Shown here in pieces: positions 58,580 to 64,000 of a stretch of DNA of 64,000 nt (the stretch's first letter is position 1; each line of letters starts with the position of its first letter). Source of the DNA: Candidatus Bathyarchaeota archaeon (GTDB taxonomy: Archaea; Thermoproteota; Bathyarchaeia; Bathyarchaeales; Bathycorpusculaceae); NCBI GenBank assembly GCA_963815095.1, contig CAWFFH010000006.1, forward strand, positions 96,001 to 160,000, given 5' to 3'. The notes beneath the pieces are model-generated. The model was not told where the DNA came from. It searched no databases and was given only the letters and a program-made list of their open reading frames with translations. Both the position numbers and the translations under genes were made by a program.

Positions 58580-59242
58580 CTAAATTAGCTTCGTCTGTAA
58601 GGTTCCATGTTCACTTTTGGCTTTCTGCGCAGGCTTCCACGCTTTTCTGACAAAGCTTGGGTAATCTCCGTTCGTATCTAAAAGCCATTTTAAGAAAACC
58701 ATAGTTTTGTCATCAGTTAAGTATCCGCTACCAAAATCGCCATATTTCTTTCTTAATTTTTCAATCTCAGCATCCCGCTGTACTTTAGCAATTATTGAAG
58801 CTGCTGAAACTATAGGGTAAGTTCTGTCAGCTTTGTGTTCTGAAACAATTTTGGGTTTGAACCTCAGCAATTCAGCTATGTGGTTTCCGAACCGATGTTC
58901 CAACACATCTGCCGCATCAACGTAAGCTTCGTCAGGTCTTAAAACCTCAATGATTTTTGCCATAGTTTGGGCTTCAAGGCGGTTCAGTTTGTGGAGTGTT
59001 CTGCTGCTGCGAACTACTTTGTCAATTTGGGCAGGTGGAACCTTTATTATATGGTGTTTTTCGGTTAATTTAATTATTTCTGGGAATAGAGATTCCCTTT
59101 TTTTAGCGGTTAGAAGTTTGGAGTCTTTAACTCCCAAATCGATAAGTGACTGCAGATTCTCGGTTCTCACTGCAACGCCAGCAACAACTAACGGACCGAT
59201 AACGCATCCACGCCCAGCTTCGTCAACTCCAGCAACTAACAT
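58580..59242 (-). CDS. rnhB: Ribonuclease HII
   Basis: GVDEAGRG, KDSK, HKAD...VSAASIIAKV, GSGY. Confidence 0.96.
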   Translation of the reverse strand: MLVAGVDEAGRGCVIGPLVVAGVAVRTENLQSLIDLGVKDSKLLTAKKRESLFPEIIKLTEKHHIIKVPPAQIDKVVRSSRTLHKLNRLEAQTMAKIIEVLRPDEAYVDAADVLEHRFGNHIAELLRFKPKIVSEHKADRTYPIVSAASIIAKVQRDAEIEKLRKKYGDFGSGYLTDDKTMVFLKWLLDTNGDYPSFVRKAWKPAQKAKSEHGTLQTKLI

Positions 59243-59354
59243 CAAAGGTTCTTTCCCTAAACTATGAATGGGTTTGGTTCCTAGGCTATAACGCTTTTCC
59301 AAAAACAACAATTTCAAAGAAAACAAAAACTAGCGCAGATCAATTTAACCTCAA

Positions 59355-60053
59355 TCAAATTCGCTGTGCAACAATCATTGCGTGTGCTTTGTCGTATGGT
59401 TCTAGATCCACGATTTCTTTTACGTCAAAACCCCTGTTTCTTAGTATGGCTGCTTCTTGGCGATAGACTGCATTGGGGTCCATTGTAACGTCGATGCTTT
59501 GGGATTTGCATGCAAGCATAACCCAGCCTTGTGGTTTGAGGAAAACGTCTGCGTTGTCTGCGAGGAGTTTGGCTTGTTCGGGTTGTGCGACATCGCAGTA
59601 GATCGTGTCGACTTTGCCTGAGATGAACATGGCGTACCGCTCGGGCAGGCGTGCATCTTCGAGCATAGGTGAAATGTTGTTTCGGTAAGCCGCGACATTG
59701 TTAACTAAATCTCGAAGAGAGCGCTGCGCAAATTCTACGCAGTAAACGTGTCCGGTGTCACCGACTATGTCTGAGACATGGCTAGGTGTGGTTCCAGAGG
59801 CTGCACCCAAATAAAGAATTTTGAACCCAGGTTCGACAGGTACGTTTTGGACGCCTTTTATGATGGCTCCTGCAAGTTTACTGCGGAACGCATCCCAAAC
59901 TCGGTACTCAACATATTTGAATTTGAAAAGCCGTTCGCCATAAACCCGAAGCCCAGGGGTCAAGTTTTTTGTGGCTAACCGCTGATGACCGTCTTCCAGC
60001 ATTACTTGGTAGATTTCTTCGAATTTAGGGTGTGGTTTAACTTTGAGGTGCAC
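59355..60053 (-). CDS. flpA: Fibrillarin-like rRNA/tRNA 2'-O-methyltransferase
   Basis: VYGERL, RSKLAG, LYLGAASGTT.SHVSD, DVAQPEQ; GTG start overlapping the nop5 3' end. Confidence 0.95.
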   Translation of the reverse strand: MHLKVKPHPKFEEIYQVMLEDGHQRLATKNLTPGLRVYGERLFKFKYVEYRVWDAFRSKLAGAIIKGVQNVPVEPGFKILYLGAASGTTPSHVSDIVGDTGHVYCVEFAQRSLRDLVNNVAAYRNNISPMLEDARLPERYAMFISGKVDTIYCDVAQPEQAKLLADNADVFLKPQGWVMLACKSQSIDVTMDPNAVYRQEAAILRNRGFDVKEIVDLEPYDKAHAMIVAQRI

Positions 60054-61470
60054 GTCGTTCTGGTCCCCGGTTTTGACCGCCACCGCTACCGCTTCCGCCG
60101 CGTCGGTCACCTCTATCGCCGCCACCGTAACTGAAGTTGCGTCCTCCGCCTCCACCGCCGCCTCCGCGATGTGGTGGTCTTGGACCTCTATCGCCGCCAC
60201 CAAAGTTTTTGCCACCGCCCCTGAATCCGCCTCGGTCATCTCTTCGTGGAGGTCGTTGTTCTCTTCGTTCAAATCCCGCTGCTCCTTCGGGACGTGGTTT
60301 AACTTCTTTTGGCGCTGGGGGTTCTTTGTATTTTACGTGGATTTCTTCTATGCGTTTGTTAATGTCCTCTTTTAATTTGTCTCCGATATAGTGTCCTGCT
60401 CCGAAAGCGTCAGCTCGAGCTGCAATGGCGAGTTTGCCTGCAATGACCCGGGCGATTTTTCCGCGTTGCCACCTTTTGGCGTCATGAAGCAGGGTGTGTT
60501 GGAAAATTAATCCATGTTTTGGTGGTCGTGCTCCTGTTTTTAGGCTGCGGAAGAGGGCTTTTTCTGCACCTATAACTTGTATAGTGCTTGCTGGTCTCAT
60601 GGCTAAGTTTTGTAGACTTCCTGCCATGGCAATCAAACGTGCCCCCAAAAGGGATCCAGCAACAGCGCGTACGTTTGGCGCGAGTTCCTCCATAGTGTGG
60701 TCAACGTAATCTTCCATGTTCTTGCGCAACAAATAGAAATCCAAAACGTTCTTGGCTAAGTCTTGCACCATTTCCAGGTCGGCTTCTGCCACATCTGCGC
60801 CCATAGATGATTCAGCTGCTTTCGCCATAAGCTGGGTTCGTTCTTTTGGAATGTTCTCTTTTTCCAAATTGTCAATAGTAAAGTTTTCCCTATCACCCAA
60901 GTTCACAACAAGCCTGGAGTACGTTTCGTGTTTTTCGACCAGACGATCAAGCTCTGGGAAGTACACGCCATACCATTCGCGGAGTCTGCCCATAAAGAGG
61001 TTAACGGTTTGATCTAAACTATCGAGTGTTTGGATGCCTTGAGCAACTATTAAGTCACGTTTTCCAGTGGCACCTTTAATCCGTAACTTTGCAAGTTCCA
61101 AACTGACACTGCGGTTCCAAACGCTAAGTTCCTGTTCGTCCTTCGCAAAGCCTACCTCAATCGCTAATTCACCCATCCGCGAATGAAGCACGGCGGTTTC
61201 CGCGGGCTTTGCAACTTCAACTTTGACTTTCATTTTCTTTTGGGCTTCTTCTGCCAACTTGCCGGATTCAAAAACAAAAGTATCGTAACCTACGCTTGCG
61301 AGAAGTGATATTAAGGATGAGACTTGATCGGATAATTTTCCAGACTCAGTTTTTAGCATGCTTTTTGCTGCTGCCACCGCATTTTTTGGAAACAGTGCTT
61401 TTTCTACTAAGCCGTTGTTTTCGTCGAAGGCTGCAACGCCGAAGGGAAATTGAATGATGACTATTTTCAT
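60037..61470 (-). CDS. nop5: C/D box sRNP protein Nop5 (Nop56/58) with C-terminal RGG-rich tail
   Basis: LREWYG.YFPEL, APN, PASTIQVIGAEKALFR, PKHG, GKIAR.IAGK. Confidence 0.95.
   Translation of the reverse strand: MKIVIIQFPFGVAAFDENNGLVEKALFPKNAVAAAKSMLKTESGKLSDQVSSLISLLASVGYDTFVFESGKLAEEAQKKMKVKVEVAKPAETAVLHSRMGELAIEVGFAKDEQELSVWNRSVSLELAKLRIKGATGKRDLIVAQGIQTLDSLDQTVNLFMGRLREWYGVYFPELDRLVEKHETYSRLVVNLGDRENFTIDNLEKENIPKERTQLMAKAAESSMGADVAEADLEMVQDLAKNVLDFYLLRKNMEDYVDHTMEELAPNVRAVAGSLLGARLIAMAGSLQNLAMRPASTIQVIGAEKALFRSLKTGARPPKHGLIFQHTLLHDAKRWQRGKIARVIAGKLAIAARADAFGAGHYIGDKLKEDINKRIEEIHVKYKEPPAPKEVKPRPEGAAGFERREQRPPRRDDRGGFRGGGKNFGGGDRGPRPPHRGGGGGGGGRNFSYGGGDRGDRRGGSGSGGGQNRGPERRAPQS
60109..60201. 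repeat. 18-bp direct repeat ACCTCTATCGCCGCCACC (encodes GGGDRG) at 60109-60126 and 60184-60201
   Basis: Two identical copies read directly from the sequence. Confidence 0.8.
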
Positions 61471-61749
61471 GTTATTTGGCCCCGATAAACTATGCATTGT
61501 AACTGCATTGTCTTTATAAATAGTTTCGTTGCCCGCAATCCAAAAGAACCGTTTTTTTTAATTTATATGCCTTGAGATGCCAGAAAACTATGGTTTGTTC
61601 TGGTTTTATTTTTGTTTTTTAGGAGGTTTGCTTATATTTTTCAAAAAAGTTAATACACAGCCTATAAATTAGTTGAAAACAAGGAAGGAAATCAAATCGA
61701 AGCTTCCAAAACAAATTCAAAAATTACTAAATTAAAGAGCGGTAAAATA

Positions 61750-62616
61750 GTGGCTGTTGGGCTTATCCAAACTTCAGTTTCCGAAAATGTCGCCAAGAAC
61801 ATGGAGAAAATCGTGGAAAAGATTGAGGAAGCAGCCAAAAAGGGTGCGAAAATTGTTTGTCTCCAAGAACTATACCGAACAAGATATTTTCCGCAAGAAG
61901 AAAACAAAGATGTTTCGGCTTTAGCTGAAGTGATTCCCGGAGAATCCACAAACATATTTTCCAAGTTGGCAAAAAAATATGGAGTAGTTATTATTGCACC
62001 ATTATTTGAGAAAGCTAAAAACGGCAAATTCTACAACACAGCCGTCGTAGTCGGTTCAAAGGGCGAAATCTTGGGTACTTATCGTAAAGCCCACATTCCC
62101 CAAGACCCTTATTTCTACGAAAAAGACTACTTCGCAGAAGGCGACACAGACTACAGTATTTTTGAAACAGAATTTGCCCGCATTGGCGTGCTCATATGTT
62201 ATGACCAATGGTTCCCTGAACCAGCCCGAATCAACGCGCTTGAAGGTGCAGAAATAATATTTTACCCAACAGCAATCGGCTACGTTAAAGGGCACACATC
62301 TGAGGACGGCGACTGGCATGATGCCTGGCGAACTGTTCAACGTGCCCACGCCATCGCAAATGGGATCCACGTTGCAGCAGTTAACCGTGTGGGGGAGGAA
62401 GGCGAGTTGGAGTTTTGGGGGGGCTCGTTTATCTGCGATTCTTTTGGCAAAGTTCTCGCTGAAGCAAGCTCTACAAAAGAAGAAGTTGTGGTTACATCCG
62501 TTGATTTGGGCAAGAATAAGAAAATTCAGGAAGGGTGGGGTTTTCTGAGGAATCGACGCCCGGATACCTATCAAAGACTCACCAAGGAAAAAAGAAAGGG
62601 TGCGGAAGATGAGTAG
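61750..62616 (+). CDS. aguB: N-carbamoylputrescine amidase (nitrilase superfamily)
   Basis: CLQEL, YRKAHIP...YEKDYF, ICYDQWFPE, YPTAIG; adjacent to aguA. Confidence 0.9.
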   Translation: MAVGLIQTSVSENVAKNMEKIVEKIEEAAKKGAKIVCLQELYRTRYFPQEENKDVSALAEVIPGESTNIFSKLAKKYGVVIIAPLFEKAKNGKFYNTAVVVGSKGEILGTYRKAHIPQDPYFYEKDYFAEGDTDYSIFETEFARIGVLICYDQWFPEPARINALEGAEIIFYPTAIGYVKGHTSEDGDWHDAWRTVQRAHAIANGIHVAAVNRVGEEGELEFWGGSFICDSFGKVLAEASSTKEEVVVTSVDLGKNKKIQEGWGFLRNRRPDTYQRLTKEKRKGAEDE

Positions 62617-63655
62617 TTCCGAGCGGAGTTGCCGTGAACAGGGTTTTTGTATGCCTGCAGAATGGGAAAAACATGATGCCATCTGGCTTGCGTGGCCCTA
62701 TGACCCAACCACTTTTCCAGAAAAAGTAGAGCGCGTGGAAGCTACTTATGTCCAAATTGTTAAGGAGATTCACGAAGGCGAAGAAGTAAACCTATTCGTC
62801 ATCGATGAGCCTACCAAACAAAAAGCAACAAGAATGTTTAAAGCTGCAAACATCAACATGGAGAAAATCCATTTTTACGTTTCCGACTACGCCGATGTAT
62901 GGTTTAGAGATTATGGACCAATATTTGTCAAGAACCAACATGAACTTGCGATGATTCATTGGGACTTTAACTCATGGGGAGAAAAATATGAAACTCTGCT
63001 AAAAGACAGGCAAATTCCCGATGTAATCAACCAAAAAATGTCTATGCGATGCTTTAAACCTGGCATAGTTTTGGAAGGTGGGTCTATAGATGTTAACGGA
63101 AAAGGAACCCTGCTTACGACAGCGCAGTGCCTTCTAAACAAGAACCGAAACCCCGACCTTGACAGGCAACAGATTGAAAAATACCTTTCTAACTATCTTG
63201 GCGTAAATCATTTTATCTGGTTGAAATGTGGAATCCTCGGTGACGACACAGACGGGCACATTGATGACTTAGCAAGATTCGTGAACCCGACCACAATCGT
63301 TTGCGCCTATCAAGATGACGAAAACGATGTCGATTACGATGCCCTCAAAGAAAACTTTGATATTCTCTGTCAAGCAGTTGATCAGGATGGCGAAAAACTC
63401 AAAATCGTAAAATTGCCCATGCCAAAAGTTGTCAGTGATGAAGATGAACGGCTTCCTGCGAGTTATACGAACTTTTACATTGGCAATCAAAAGGTGTTGG
63501 TGCCGATTTTTGACCATAAAAACGATGCCAAAGCCCTCGCAATTCTGCAAGAATTGTTTCCGACCAGAGAGGTGGTTGGGATCCGCTGCGTTGATTTAGT
63601 CTATGGGTTTGGCACGATACACTGCATATCTCAACAGCAGCCTTGCAGTGTCTAA
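62609..63655 (+). CDS. aguA: Agmatine deiminase
   Basis: MPAEWE, WFRDYGP, LEGGSI, DTDGHID, ASYTNF, GTIHCISQQ. Confidence 0.94.
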   Translation: MSSSERSCREQGFCMPAEWEKHDAIWLAWPYDPTTFPEKVERVEATYVQIVKEIHEGEEVNLFVIDEPTKQKATRMFKAANINMEKIHFYVSDYADVWFRDYGPIFVKNQHELAMIHWDFNSWGEKYETLLKDRQIPDVINQKMSMRCFKPGIVLEGGSIDVNGKGTLLTTAQCLLNKNRNPDLDRQQIEKYLSNYLGVNHFIWLKCGILGDDTDGHIDDLARFVNPTTIVCAYQDDENDVDYDALKENFDILCQAVDQDGEKLKIVKLPMPKVVSDEDERLPASYTNFYIGNQKVLVPIFDHKNDAKALAILQELFPTREVVGIRCVDLVYGFGTIHCISQQQPCSV

Positions 63656-63761
63656 TCGTAAAACGTTACAATGCAGAGCCATTTTTTCTAGTTAAGTTTA
63701 AACCCTCGACTGGAATTATAGGTAAACCCCAAAGTTTGAGGAGTTCAGGAGAGATTAGGTA

Positions 63762-64000
63762 ATGGTTAATCAGCCTCCGCATCGTGCACGCGGCGTTAAG
63801 GTGCTAAAAGCCGTTTCGTCACCGTTGCGGCTACAAATCCTTAACCTACTCTTCGACAAAAGCGCCCTCTCCTACACTGAACTTATGAACCAACTTAAAA
63901 TGAACCCCAGCCGAGACGCAGGCAGATTCGCTTACCACCTAAAATTCCTGCTAAAAGCAGATCTGGTTGAGGCAGATGTCGAGGCAAAAAAATATTATCT
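63762..64000 (+). CDS. Protein with N-terminal ArsR-like wHTH domain, truncated by the window end
   Basis: Hand translation: MVNQPPHRARGVKVLKAVSSPLRLQILNLLFDKSALSYTELMNQLKMNPSRDAGRFAYHLKFLLKADLV. Confidence 0.8.
   Translation, partial: MVNQPPHRARGVKVLKAVSSPLRLQILNLLFDKSALSYTELMNQLKMNPSRDAGRFAYHLKFLLKADLVEADVEAKKYY

Noticed and set aside
60054-60272. 73-aa acidic Ala/Val/Glu-rich N-terminal extension of fibrillarin in the ORF track
   Set aside because: It is the +1 reading of the GGN-rich Nop5 tail, which lacks stops by composition. Fibrillarin similarity begins near GTG 60053.

Overview
Archaeal chromosomal segment. The gene set and order (rpl15e-rpl13e-rnp3-rnp2, nop5-fibrillarin, TrmB and wHTH-membrane regulators, TATA promoters, oligo-T terminators) suggest Thermoproteota, most likely Bathyarchaeia; this is an inference. 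Most genes are housekeeping or metabolic: porGDAB, trm1, proC, aspartate kinase, dnaJ, acs plus an acetate permease, a P-type ATPase, asnS, an ABC exporter, a Re-citrate-synthase-like enzyme, RNase P proteins, galT, glycogen debranching enzyme, tpiA, rnhB, nop5/flpA and aguB/aguA. There are two intronless tRNAs, Asn(GTT) and Ala(CGC). The strongest candidate for a new system is the 34.1-41.5 kb cluster. It joins a surface protein, a CcdA/DsbD-like membrane protein and a NapH-like membrane FeS protein to one double-cubane-type reductase, a BzdP/BzdQ-like heterodimeric ATPase and a ferredoxin. Other highlights: a GAR/RGG tail on Nop5 abutting the fibrillarin start; a roughly 147-nt rod-like ncRNA candidate with its own TATA box; several hairpins with CU-rich loops; a permuted kink-turn leader before rpl15e; a TGTTG-N14-CAACA promoter motif seen three times; two RHH-like paralogues each near a tRNA 3' end; and small proteins with eukaryote-like domains (DCD, GOLD, C4C4 RING-like). 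Several genes, including porA, carry single-base frameshifts that are probably sequencing errors. All family assignments come from motif recognition by eye; no searches or folding programs were run.
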